The translations under genes were made by a program, and so were the position numbers. A stretch of DNA of 63,247 nt, filler included, from Octopus bimaculoides (taxonomy: Eukaryota): assembly GCF_001194135.2 (NCBI RefSeq). It is 4 parts of 3 records of this genome, joined end to end, with 100 filler letters (N's around TTAATTAATTAA, not from the genome) between each part and the next. Parts side by side here need not be neighbours in the genome. Positions count along the whole stretch, not along the records: positions 14,332 to 41,166 come from NC_068990.1; 3 more parts are not named here. One strand, written 5' to 3'. The notes under the pieces were generated by a model. That model had not been told where the DNA came from and searched no databases. It was given only the letters and a program-made list of their open reading frames with translations. Shown here piece by piece: positions 25,136-36,796 of this stretch (position 1 is the stretch's first letter; every line of letters starts with the position of its first letter).

Positions 25136-25534
25136 GAAAGAATTATATTCTTCACCATACATTATTAAGTTGTCTACAAGAAGAAAAAGAGGAAACAAAA
25201 TATAAAAGCTGTTTCTAGAAACAGAATATCCAATTCTATTAATGTAAACTTGTTTTACTTTAACCCATGCTATCAAAAAATATGATCAACAACATTCCAA
25301 CCAGTAATTTAGAGATATTCAGGACTACATTATCTGACGTATTTCTTTTTATTCAAGATAGCAGTTAGCAGATAAGGAGAAGATTTGGCTATTATTTTTA
25401 GTAGGTCGAACGACCAAACAGAGGATCATTTGTTGGCTTGATATTCTGTGAGGATGTATCATAATGGGCTTAAGGTAGACTACAAATTAACACCTGGCAG
25501 TATACATTTGTTTCTCTGTCGTGTTTTATATCAG

Positions 25535-25567
25535 CCTGCTATCACCTTTAATAAGTATGGTTGTATA
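25535..25567 (+). CDS. Candidate 33-nt micro-exon (PAITFNKYGCI in phase 0)
   Basis: Acceptor tttgtttctctgtcgtgttttatatcAG, donor ata|GTAAGT, length a multiple of 3, unique context. It could be a chance match. Confidence 0.2.
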
Positions 25568-26064
25568 GTAAGTCTTCTTTGACTAACGCAAGCGTGTGTC
25601 TGTGTGTGGATGTGGACGTACATATACGTGTGCTTGTGTGTATATGCAAGTAAAAGTATGAGTGTGTGCCTATGAAGGAAGTAGATATTTAAGTATGCAT
25701 GTAAACACTTGTTTTCAGAACTTTGGTTAATTGTAAAGCTATGATAATCTCCCTTTGTGGTTTATGGATTATGGGTTATCGCTTATAAGTTTATAGACTA
25801 CCACTTATCGCGCGTATGGATTAAAGTTTCATAACCATTATCGGTTGATCTTTATCTTAGCTTTAAATTCCAAGCTTTTGGAGATTATTGTTTACGAATT
25901 TACAGTTACGTCAGGATTTCGCAAATACGATTTATATTCAGGTTAAAGAATTCAGAAGTTTGTAGCATTTTAACCCTATTTTCTATTGTTCTTGGAGAGT
26001 TTAAATGGACTTTTCACTTGTACTAGGCAGCTAACCATCACAATAGCACATCGTTTTGCTTCAT

Positions 26065-26105
<41 letters not shown>

Positions 26106-26524
26106 TATNNNNNNNNNNNNNNNNNNNNNNNNNNNNNNNNNNNNNNNNNNNNNNNNNNNNNNNNNNNNNNNNNNNNNNNNNNNNNNNNNNNNNTACACAC
26201 ACACACACACACATACACACACACACACTCAGAGGCAAAGTTATTAATGAAGGATTATAAATCCAGGCTAAATATGTTATAAGCTCTCTGTTAGTACACC
26301 AGGCTAACAAAATTTTTTAGATTAGTAAAGAATTCCTTGTATTCATGTGGTTATAGTTAATCACCATTCTATATTGTACATCTGTGGTTGAATTTGCATT
26401 AATTCTCTAGGTCGTTCAATTTTTCTCGACCGATCAATGGATCGACTGAGTAAAACAATTAATGAACCAAACTATAATGACTACGGGAATCAGTTGTAAG
26501 TCAAATTGATTAGGGAGAATTCAC

Positions 26525-26696
26525 AAAAAACAACAGACGAAGACAGGTGGTGTAGACAACAAATGGATGTATTAGTGTAACGCTCGGGAATAGAGAAAGT
26601 CTTTAACGTTTCCAGCCTATGATCTTCAACAGAATGGAACACAGAAAGAAACAAGGAGAGAAACGAGAAGAAAGTTAGAGATTTTCTTATTCCTAG

Positions 26697-26700
<4 letters not shown>
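26525..26700 (-). mobile_element. Penelope-like terminal fragment with decayed hammerhead (26600-26637)
   Basis: The minus strand reads att-ctgttga-a-gatcataggctg-gaaacgtt-aaaga and is homologous to 5790-5965. Confidence 0.65.
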
Positions 26701-26728
<28 letters not shown>

Positions 26729-26938
26729 TTGTATGTATGTATGTACCCCAGATAACTATGTCCAAATTTCTGGCAGAGTAAATTGCGTCAAGGTGTTGTT
26801 GTTCTCACAGACGGTGCCCAACTGATCCTACTATTCTGTGTTGCCGAAAAAATCAATAACAAACAATGCGAATGCGCGTAATTAAAAATATAAAATGATG
26901 ACAATTTACCTATCGCAGCCTATATATATGTATATGTA

Positions 26939-27004
<66 letters not shown>

Positions 27005-27028
27005 TCTGAACTTTATANNNNNNNNNNA

Positions 27029-27100
<72 letters not shown>

Positions 27101-30087
27101 TGTATGTAGCTCTGTACGTGTATATATGTCTATGGGTATACCCATATGTATGTGTTTAGGTGACGGCATGTGTGTGTGTGTGTGTGTGCACATTCATTCA
27201 TGTGTAGTTGTGTAGAGAAACGTGTCTGTTTACGAATATACACACAAGTAGATATTGTGGGCGTATGACAGTAGGCAATGAGGTAGGTATATCTGTGTGT
27301 GTGTATGTGTGTGCGCGCGCGTAAATTGCGTGTGTGTGTTTGTGCAAGTGCACACGTGTATGTCTGTGTTACATATAGGAATGTGTTTCTGTACGTTTGA
27401 GTGTGTTTATAACTAAAGTTGTAGCAGTTAAGTGAAGTGAAAGAAAAAAAAAATCAGACAAGAAAAATAAAAATAAAAATAGAAAGAAACATGGCGACCT
27501 GTAAGCGATAGTAAATGAAATGGCGCGACGTTTATCTATACAGAGCATTGATCAATATGACGATATTATTTTAATACAATTTAATCTTTTAGTTTTTGCA
27601 TTCTATTTATTCTATTTCTTTTACTTCGACTACAATCATATTCATAATATGCATATGTCGATGTAGGGGTGTACATGTGTATGTATGAATATATAAATGA
27701 TTGCGTATGTGAATGCATATATACATGCACATATATANNNNNNNNNNNNNNNNNNNNNNNNNNNNNNNNNNNNNNNNNNNNNNNNNNNNNNNNNNNNNNN
27801 NNNNNNNNNNNNNNNNNNNNNNNNNNATATATATATAGATAGATACATATATATATATACATATATATATCTATATATATATATATATATATGTATATGT
27901 GTGTGTATATATATACATATATATATATAAACACACACATATATAACAAGCATACATACGCGTACATAAATACATACACACACATACATACGTACATATA
28001 TACATACATACATACATACATACATACATACATACATACATGCGTACATACATACATACGTATATATATATGTGTGTGTGTGTGTGCGTGTGTGTGTGTG
28101 TGTGTGGCGCACTTCAAAGCTATGACCAAGATCACAGATATATTAATGAGAGAAAAATTACTCGGTAGGACTTATGAGTCGCAGGCACAATGTTCGGTTA
28201 AAAATTATCGTCGTCACTCTAAAGTTCTGTATCAACCAATCGTTATTGAAAGACAGGAAGTAGTAAATGCAGGCCATCTTTATCCGATTGTTATAGAAAT
28301 TAGTTTTGATGGCAAGCTCAGTTACGCATTTGATATTAAGATTAGTTTTGCATTCAGAATGGTGCGGAAATAATGCGTGAAAAATGATGGGATAGTCGTG
28401 GCTGGTACGCCTTCGTACATAGGCTTGCTGTATATCAGAGTTGGCCTAGAGCATAGCCACAGCAAAAATAACGATGACCATCATTACCACCCCCACCAAA
28501 TACTAGGACAAGCTACCGTCACCACCTTCACTAAAAGCCATACAGCGATCGCAAAGATGACAAATACTAATCAAGGGACTTGCTAGAAATAACTACTAAA
28601 TTCCCTCATATCATATCCTACGATTCTCAAAACTAGAAGATTTCATCGGATAACGTAGTTACTGATAAACAAAGAGATAGGATGATTATTATTGGATTGC
28701 CTTTGATCACAGGTCTTCTCGGTCAGAAACTGACAAGGGGTAGAGAACAACAACAACAACAACAACAACAAAAATACTTACACGGCCAGCACTACCATTG
28801 ACAAGAGCAGCTATACCATCATCAATAGTAATATCACTACCGCCAACACCACCATAGCTACTACCACCGCTTCCATCACCCAAACCAATCACCACTACAA
28901 CCGACACTACCCTCCTATCACTGCCACTGCCACCACCACCACCACCACCACCACCACCACCACCACGAAACAGCAACCACAACCATTCCCCAACTATCAT
29001 CATCACTATGCAATATCTGCAGCTGAACCACCACTACGACCACCAGATATCTCTAACTAGTCTAACCACTACCACCACCACAGCACCACCACCAAGACTA
29101 CGACCAACAACCCCTGCCACCACCAACCACCTGCCACCACCACCACCACCACTACTGTTTCTGCCAATACATGGTCTATTTCAATTTACTTCATTCTATC
29201 ATAGATAATTTTATATGTTACAATCAATACTGTCTCGGCACTAGCTGAACTGATTGCGAACTCTATGAACCATTTTTTGTTGTTTTATATTTTTATATTT
29301 TACAGTTTTTCTTTTGTTTTCCTTCGGTTTATCACTTTGTTGTTATTGCTATTGTTGTTGATATTATTATTCTATTGGTTCATTCAACTTGGCATCAGTG
29401 ATAGAATTTGGCAAACTTACGCCACCAAGCACGAACAGTCTTTTACACTTTGATGAAATGGTTTAAGTAAATCTGTCCCATGTTCCGTCTAATTCCATAA
29501 ATATATGTCGGTCTTTAAGATAGTATATGTTTTTTTGTTTTCTGTGTTTTTATATATTTTTTTTATTCATTGAGGTGTTATTGTAAAACAATAGTTAATG
29601 GCCGTTGAGAGGGCGGTTGTACTCTCCATTCAAATCTTCTGGCTTCTGGCTTCTGGCTTCTACCTTCCGGTACATGTTTTCTGCTAACTGGCTTCAAGCT
29701 AAAGCTTGTCTTTAGCTCCAATTGAAGATGTCGGCAACTTGCGTTTATCACAGGCGGATTGCATACGCTTACACATTCACGCGAGAAGATGCATATAGAT
29801 ATATACAGGGACATACATACATGCAAACACATATAAATTCATACATATTCATATGTGTGTGTACGTATGTATATACACACATATATATATATATCTTTTA
29901 TTTTTTGTTTGCTTCAAATATCAGATTGCGGCAATGCTGGGGCACTGCCTTGAAGAATTTTTAGTACTTATTTCTTTTAAAGCCTGGTATTTATTCTAGT
30001 GGTTCTCAACCGGGGTCCATATCACCCTTAAGGATTCATATAATATTTCGTTGTTAAAATTTATGTATAATAAATTATTCATATTTA

Positions 30088-30174
30088 CATTATTTACATT
30101 TGACGGATATTTGTCCTCATCTTGTTTGTTGTTAACATAGCGTTTCGGCTGATATACCTCTCAGCCTTCATCAT
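30088..30174 (-). mobile_element. Penelope-like terminal fragment with truncated hammerhead
   Basis: The minus strand reads (a)tgatga-a-ggctga-gaggtata-tcagcc-gaaacgct, with a 6-bp stem II. It abuts a SINE B tail. Confidence 0.6.
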
Positions 30175-30177
30175 GTC

Positions 30178-30335
30178 TGTGTGTTTACGTCCCCGTAACT
30201 TAGCGGTCCGGCAAAAGAGACGGGTAGAATAAGTACTAGGCTTACGAAAAATAAGTCCTGGGGTCGATTCGTTCGAATAAAGGAGATGTTCCAGCATGGC
30301 CGCAGTCAAATTACTAAAACCTGTAAAAGAGTATA
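30178..30335 (+). mobile_element. SINE family B 3' half
   Basis: gtgtttacgtccccgtaacttagcggtccggcaaaagagac..aataagtcctggggtcgattcgttcga..ccagcatggccgcagtc. Confidence 0.85.
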
Positions 30336-30336
30336 A

Positions 30337-30381
<45 letters not shown>

Positions 30382-30663
30382 NNNNNNNNNNNNNNNNNNN
30401 NNNNNNNNNNNNNNNNNNNNNNNNNNNNNNNNNNNNNNNNNNNNNNNNNNNNNNNNNNNNNNNNNNNNNNNNNNNNNNNNNNNNNNNNNNNNNNNNNNNN
30501 NNNNNNNNNNNNNNNNNNNNNNNNNNNNNNNNNNNNNNNNNNNNNNNNNNNNNNNNNNNNNNNNNNNNNNNNNNNNNNNNNNNNNNNNNNNNNNNNNNNN
30601 NNNNNNNNNNNNNNNNNNNNNNNNNNNNNNNNNNNNNNNNNNNNNNNNNNNNNNNNNNNNNNN

Positions 30664-30704
<41 letters not shown>

Positions 30705-30939
30705 TTATATGTATCATAATAAATACATACACACACATATCTGTATGTGTATATGTAAGTAATGTATGTATGCCTGGGCGTGATCGCTGGTGTGTGTATT
30801 CTTTTCGTTCCCTCTTTTATCTTTCCGTTGTTTAATTTTCAATTATTAAACCTTTCCATATCAGTGCTAATTCCAAAGATTTTCTATGAACAATCTAATT
30901 CCGTGTTTATTTTTCAATTGGTTTGTGAACTAATGATTT

Positions 30940-31160
30940 TCTATAAAAAGGGGTGTCAGCATAAATGGTATTAACGCCTTCGCGAATATGGTTTCATCAA
31001 TCAGCGCCGGCTGGCTTATTTATAGCTAAGCGGGAAGTTTCTGAGAAGGGCGCAAATTTTCCCGCCAAACAGATTCTAGAACTTTCTGGGGGCCGAGGTT
31101 TATACGTGTCAGCTGCTTTCTTTCAGAAAATTTCCCGCAGGAAAATTCACCCTCATCAGT
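30940..31160. promoter_or_regulatory. Candidate cis-regulatory cluster (TATA-like, MEF2-like, three E2F-like sites)
   Basis: tataaaaa 30942-49; ttatttatag about 31016-25; gcgggaag 31030-37; tttcccgccaaa 31058-69; tttcccgc 31131-38. The sequence is non-repetitive and CpG-bearing. Confidence 0.25.
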
Positions 31161-31313
31161 AAGCTACTTCAGGGTTTGCACTAATCGGACGTTTCTCCTG
31201 TCTGTTAGTCCCTCGGCTTGCTTATCTTTCTTATTTCGACTTTTAGTGTGAATCAACGAATATTCAATATGCAATGATCCACATGTCATATTAATATCAA
31301 TATTACACTAAGG

Positions 31314-31520
31314 AAAGCGGTGAGCTGGTAAAATCATTAGTAAGCTGGACAGAGCGCTTATCCCCATTTCATACGTCTTTGCAATCAAATTCCGCTGCGG
31401 TCAACTTTGCATTTCAACTTTTCGGGGTTTGATAAAATAAGTATCAGTTGAGCACTGAGATCGATATGATCGACTAGACCCGTCCCCTTGAAACTGCAGG
31501 CCTTGTGCCATTTGAAACCA
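31314..31520 (+). mobile_element. SINE family A
   Basis: aaagcggtgagctggtaaaatcattag..caaattccgctgcggtcaactttgc..tcggggtttgataaaataagtatcagttgagcactg. Confidence 0.8.
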
Positions 31521-31685
31521 AGATTACACAACATTAATTCATTGAATGTACGTATATACAGTGCGGGGGTAAATATATCTGCCCACTCAAACGAACCTTG
31601 CAGTGGTTATTGTCAACCCTCGCAACTTAACAGCCTACATAATCTAAAAAAAAAAAGCTAGAAAAGTAGATAGGATTAACAACCA

Positions 31686-31871
31686 CTCTACTGTGCATGA
31701 GCACTAAGTTTTGACGTTCTAGCTCACTTCTGCTGCTTACAGCAGTGCTTGGAAGGAAGGTGTGTAGCGTGTGATCGTCGCATTGACAATAACAGAGAAA
31801 TTTGAGCAAAGAATTTGCATCAAATTTTTGCTAAAAGCTTGGTGATACCTGCTCAGAGGCCTACGCAAAGT
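31686..31871 (+). mobile_element. Mariner 5' fragment (5' UTR + transposase N-terminus)
   Basis: EKFEQRICIKF..KLGDTCSEAYAK is a mariner N-terminal HTH start. It is the inverted homologue of 32245-32401. Confidence 0.8.
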
Positions 31872-32493
31872 CTTCAAAAAGTTTTCGTTGTTTTTGACAC
31901 AATCAAGGAAAACTCCTGCAACTGAAACCCGAGTGTCTCTTTGGTCAGCTGAAAGCAGTTTTGACACAAGCTTGGCAAACACGCGTCTCATAACCAAATC
32001 TTCAATGATACTGAATTGAACTGAGCTGTAACTAATCTGCACATCCTCTGATAACTCAAGGATGAGGATTCGACAATTTTCCCTCACAACTGCGGGCACA
32101 TATGCGAGGTTTTCTTAGTTTTGCTGGCTGCCCGTCTCCTAGAACGTTCGTCAATATCGACATTTTCCGACATTTTTCTTGGAAACGACTGACCCACTCG
32201 TACACTTATGTGCGGCTCATACACTTGTCTCCATACACTTTCTGCAACTTAGCGTAATCCTCTGAGCAGGTATCGACATGACAACTTTCTTTGTCATGGT
32301 CAATGCGACGATCACACTCTACCCATCTTCATTCAAAGCACTGCTGCAAACAGCGGAAGTAAACTCGAACGGTGAAACTTAGTGCGCATGCACAGCAGAG
32401 TTCATGGCCAATCTGTGCCAAGAAGCTTTACTCTGCCTGCTTTAGCTTCGTTACTATGGTAACAGTCCTGATACATATTGATCAGACCTCGTA
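31868..32493 (-). mobile_element. Mariner 5' half with left TIR
   Basis: TIR tacgaggtctgatcaa on the minus strand at 32493. Transposase pieces: YAKLQKVYGDKCMSRT*VYEW; SEDVQISYSSVQFSIIEDLVMRRVFAKLVSKLLSADQ; NENFLKT. Confidence 0.88.
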
Positions 32494-32578
32494 TACACAC
32501 ACACACACACATACACACACACACATATATATATATACATACATATATATATATATACATACATATATATATATATGC

Positions 32579-32637
<59 letters not shown>

Positions 32638-33578
32638 TATATGTATATGCATGTATATGTATGTATATAGTTATATAATATATATATATATGTANNNNNN
32701 NNNNNNNNNNNNNNNNNNNNNNNNNNNNNNNNNNNNNNNNNNNNNNNNNNNNNNNNNNNNNNNNNNNNNNNNNNNNNNNNNNNNNNNNNNNNNNNNNNNN
32801 NNNNNNNNNNNNNNNNNNNNNNNNNNNNNNNATATATATATATATATATATATACATATATATATAATATACATTTATACATATATACATATGTATACAT
32901 ATAATATTACGTGTATCATATACACGCATAATATTTAACTTGGAGTAGTTGTTGAGGCTGACAGACACAGGAAATACTTCACAAACTGTATTAGAGTGGG
33001 GACACTATATTTGTGATGTATTTTATATCAATATCAGTATTTAGTGTTTTCAACTTGATTATTAGTACAAATAGCTTAATGTAAATATATTTTACGTTAG
33101 ACGTTTTTTGGGCGAAGAAATCAAGTATGTACTCAACACACATGTTAACACAAGTGTTGCTAAGTTAGTATCTAATTTAGAGTATGAACGCTTAATGTAT
33201 AACGTAACGCGGTTTACAGAGGATAATTGTGTGTTAATTGTCTCGATGTGTTATATAAGAGAGATTATGTTGAAATTGCAATAGATAATACAGAAACAAT
33301 TTCAGAAAATACAAATGATTAGGTGTTGTAGGAGTAATTTGAATATAAACTGTTAATTAGGAGGAACAAATTACAATAACAGATAATTTACGTATCATTA
33401 AAACTTATGGTATATATATAATGTTACTACTTGCGGATTTATATTGCAAAAATATTTTGTAGATACACTATGGCATAAATTAAGACGGCATAGCTACTGA
33501 AGGAATTTTAGTGATCATAGTACTGTTTCTACTAGAAATAACCCTTGACTCAGCTATAACAAACAATACAACTCACAT

Positions 33579-33980
33579 TTGTTGTTGTTGTTGTTGTTGT
33601 TGGCACTCCGTCGCTTACGACGTCGAGGGTTCCAGTTGATCCGATCAACAGAACAGCCTGCTCGTGAAATTAACGTGCAAGTGACTGAGCACTCCACAGG
33701 CACGTGTACGCTTAACGTAGTTCTCGGGGATATTCAGTGTGACACAGTGTGACAAGGCTGGCCCTTCTAATTACAGGCACAACAGAAACAGGAAGTAAGA
33801 GTGAGAGAAAGTTGCGGTGAAAGAGTACAGCAGGGTTCGCCACCATCCCCTGTCGGAGCCTCGTGGAGCTTTAGGTGTTTTCGCTCAATAAACAATCACA
33901 ACGCCTTGTCTGGTAATCGAAACCGTGATCCTATGACCGCGAGTCCACTGCCCTAACCACTGGGCCATTGCGCCTCCACA
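33579..33980 (-). mobile_element. Near-intact tRNA-derived SINE, family C, with (ACA)n tail
   Basis: Minus strand head gtggaggcgcaatggcccagtggttagggcagtggactcgcggtcataggatcacggtttcgattacc (clear tRNA-like A and B boxes). The body ends ggaaccctcgacgtcgtaagcgacggagtgcc(aac)n. It resembles the octopus tRNA-SINEs as I recall them. Confidence 0.9.
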
Positions 33981-34094
33981 CAGCTCAGATACCTACCTGC
34001 TAAAAGCTTCAAATTTTGAATTTATTATTATCATTTACTGGTCTTATATTTATTGCGTGATTTGCTTTCACTGCACTTATTACTTCTAAATCAT

Positions 34095-34946
34095 ACAGAG
34101 GCAGGGCACCTGGTATCTTGGGTGTCATCAGGTGCGCACATATGCAATGGGGTCGGTGGATGCTCTACCATGACATTCTATAGAAGACCAGAGGTGGATC
34201 AGTGTAGCGATTAGAGATGGGCTTCAATGAAAATCAACTGGTGAGTTTGTTACGGAGAACATTCAGGCCGGGATACATGGATAATTTCTGAAAACCTAGA
34301 CCTGGCACTACTACAGAACTGGTGGTGCGGAGGCGAAATCATTGCCGACTCAGGATAAACTCTACAGACATGCTTGTACCCGAGTTGGGCGCAGAGCAAT
34401 GAAACTATTCTGCGCGCGCTCATACATCCCTCAAGCATTGTTGACTTGTGGAGTTACATCGAACAGCTGCTATGACGTGTAGGAGGGATCCGGTTATCGA
34501 CCAACTCCATTGAGAAGATAACTCGGTCGCCTTCTTTGAGACGGGAAGGGCAAGTAGTTTTCCTCTATTTGGTGGTTATGGCGAAAAAGATTGTGTGGTA
34601 GACGAGGTTTAAATTATTGAGATGTGACACTTTTCTCCTTCATCAAATTCTCTTCGCTTCCTTCAAGTTTCCTTTGGAAAGGAAAAGGAAAGAAGTAAAA
34701 TACGTGTGTAGATTGAAACTTGCGAGGGAGACTTGTCATGATGCTCTTGTTAAGCAGAGCGAATCGGGATCTGTTGGGTTTCTTGGTTGCCCTAGAAGAC
34801 CTCCTCTGTCAGGAAGATCGCATAATCAGCATCCTGTTGATACTGACTACCAGTATATCATTCCATTCTATGTAAATCCCAACACTTTAAGTCAGTCTTT
34901 GTGTACTGTTTCCCTCACCCGTCGCCCTGATGACAAATACAAAAAA
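34095..34946 (+). mobile_element. Tx1/L1-clade LINE 3' remnant
   Basis: Frameshifted pieces: MGFNENQLVSLLRRTFRPGYMDNF*K; PTQDKLYRHAC; QSNETILRALIHPSSIVDLWSYIEQLL*RVGGIRLS..SLRREGQVVFLYLVVMAKKIVW*TR; FKFPLERK. These are typical of the region around the L1/Tx1 C-terminal zinc knuckle. Confidence 0.7.
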
Positions 34947-34983
34947 TCATCATCATCGTCATCATCATTATCACTATCATTTA

Positions 34984-35160
34984 GGGCAGCGACTGGTAGA
35001 AAGGTTAGCACGCAGGACAAAATGTTTAGTGGCAGGTTTGAGTTCAAATTTGCCGTTCGTCCTTTCAGGGTCGATGAAACAAGTACCAGTTAAATATTTG
35101 AGTCAATGTAATCGACTAGCCCTCTTTTCTAAAATTTCAGGCTTTTTATCTATAGGAGAA
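34984..35160 (+). mobile_element. SINE family A (internally deleted)
   Basis: gggcagcgactggtagaaaggttagcacg..gagttcaaatt..cctttcagggtcgatgaaacaagtaccagt. Confidence 0.8.
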
Positions 35161-35394
35161 AGCATTACCATAACAACTACACAGTATTTGAAGCATAAAT
35201 TAACGCATATATCTTTAGAAGCACATGCACTATTTTTACACAGATATCTTTAAAAGTTGATTCCTTCTAACTGAATAAACTGTTGAAGGCCAAACTTGAA
35301 ACTCCAGTCAAATCGTTGTTATATGCGTGTATGTGTGGTAGAGCGTTTTAGCTAGTGCGGCCCAGCCCACAAATCAAGCCATGTAGTTATTGCT

Positions 35395-35830
35395 CGCCAG
35401 ACGATCGTGCTGCAAAATTATCCAAACCAAAAATAAATACCGTACACTGCAGCGTACAAATCGAAATGCTTAGCGGTATTTCACCAGTCACTACGTTCTG
35501 AATTCGACCTTTCGGGTTCAATAAAAAAAGTACCAGTTGAACACTGGGAATCGTCGTAATCAACTCAACATCTCCCCGAAAATTGCTGCCCTTGTGGTAA
35601 AATTTGTATCCATTATTATTGTTATTATTATTAGCTGGCAGAATCATTAGCACGCTGGGCGAAATGCTTAGCGGTAGTCTGCTGCTACATTCTGAGTTCA
35701 AATTCAGCCGAGGTCGACTTTGCCGTTCTTCCTTTCGAGGTCGATAAGTTAAGCACCAGTCAAGTACTGGGGTCGATATGATCGACTTACCTCCTTCTCC
35801 CAAATTTCAGGCCTACAGTAGAAAGGATCA
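35395..35830 (+). mobile_element. Two tandem SINE family A copies joined by (ATT)n
   Basis: A first diverged copy at about 35395-35600 and a second from agctggcagaatcattagcacg (35633) to cagtagaaaggatcatt. Confidence 0.85.
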
Positions 35831-35930
35831 TTATCATTACTAATAATAATAATAACAATAATATTTCAAACATATGCATGCATACATACACACACACACG
35901 CACATATATATATACACACATACATATATG

Positions 35931-35974
<44 letters not shown>

Positions 35975-35986
35975 TACATACAGCTG

Positions 35987-36147
35987 CAGGAGTGGCTGTG
36001 TGGTAAGTAGCTTGCTTACCAACCACATGGTTCCGGGTTCAGTCTCACTGCGTGGCACCTTGGGCAAGAGTCTTCTACTATAGCCTCGGGCCGACCAAAG
36101 CTTTGTGAGTGGATTTGGTAGACGGAAACTGAAAGAAGCCCGTCGTA

Positions 36148-36190
<43 letters not shown>

Positions 36191-36402
36191 GTATGTGTTG
36201 TTTGCATGTCTGTGTTTGTCCCCCAACCATCGCTTGACAGCCGATGCTGGTGTGCTTATGTCCTCGTAACTTAGCGGTTCCGCAAAAAGAGCCTGATAGA
36301 ATAAGTACTAGGCTTACAAAGACTAAGTCCTGAGGTCGATTTGCTCGACTAAAGGCGGTGCTCCAGTACGGCCGTAGTCAAATGACTGAAACAGTAAAAG
36401 AG
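35987..36402 (+). mobile_element. Full-length SINE family B
   Basis: Same head, internal (TA)n/(TATG)n and tail as the 16174 copy, with no gap. Confidence 0.93.
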
Positions 36403-36444
36403 ATACATACATACATACATACATACATACATACATACATACAT

Positions 36445-36495
<51 letters not shown>

Positions 36496-36763
36496 TATAC
36501 TTTAAAATTCTCGTAATAGTTATTGTATACACGGACGTATGTGAATTCATTATGTATATTTCAGATTCTACATATATATATGTGTGCATAAGCACATATA
36601 ATTGTATATATGCATATATGTACGTCTACCTCTATGTTTGTAAGTATATTTGTATCTCTGTGTACGTAGTATCTGTATGTACTTTGTATGTCTTCATTTA
36701 TCTGAATATGTGCGTGAGTTCTTGTATGTGTTGATGTGCACTCCAAGTTTTTAAGTGTATAAG

Positions 36764-36796
<33 letters not shown>

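Noticed and set aside
28105-28373. About 90 open codons of non-repetitive sequence at the end of ORF 27891-28373
   Set aside because: No recognisable domain and no convincing splice sites. An ORF this long can occur by chance.
29997-30030. tagtggttctcaaccggggtcc, a hAT/Charlie-like terminus
   Set aside because: A single short end with no partner TIR or TSD, too weak to annotate.
33900-33980. Apparent tRNA gene on the minus strand (also the heads of SINE A and B)
   Set aside because: The acceptor and T stems are degenerate and the sequence continues into a SINE body with an (ACA)n tail. It is a tRNA-derived SINE head.
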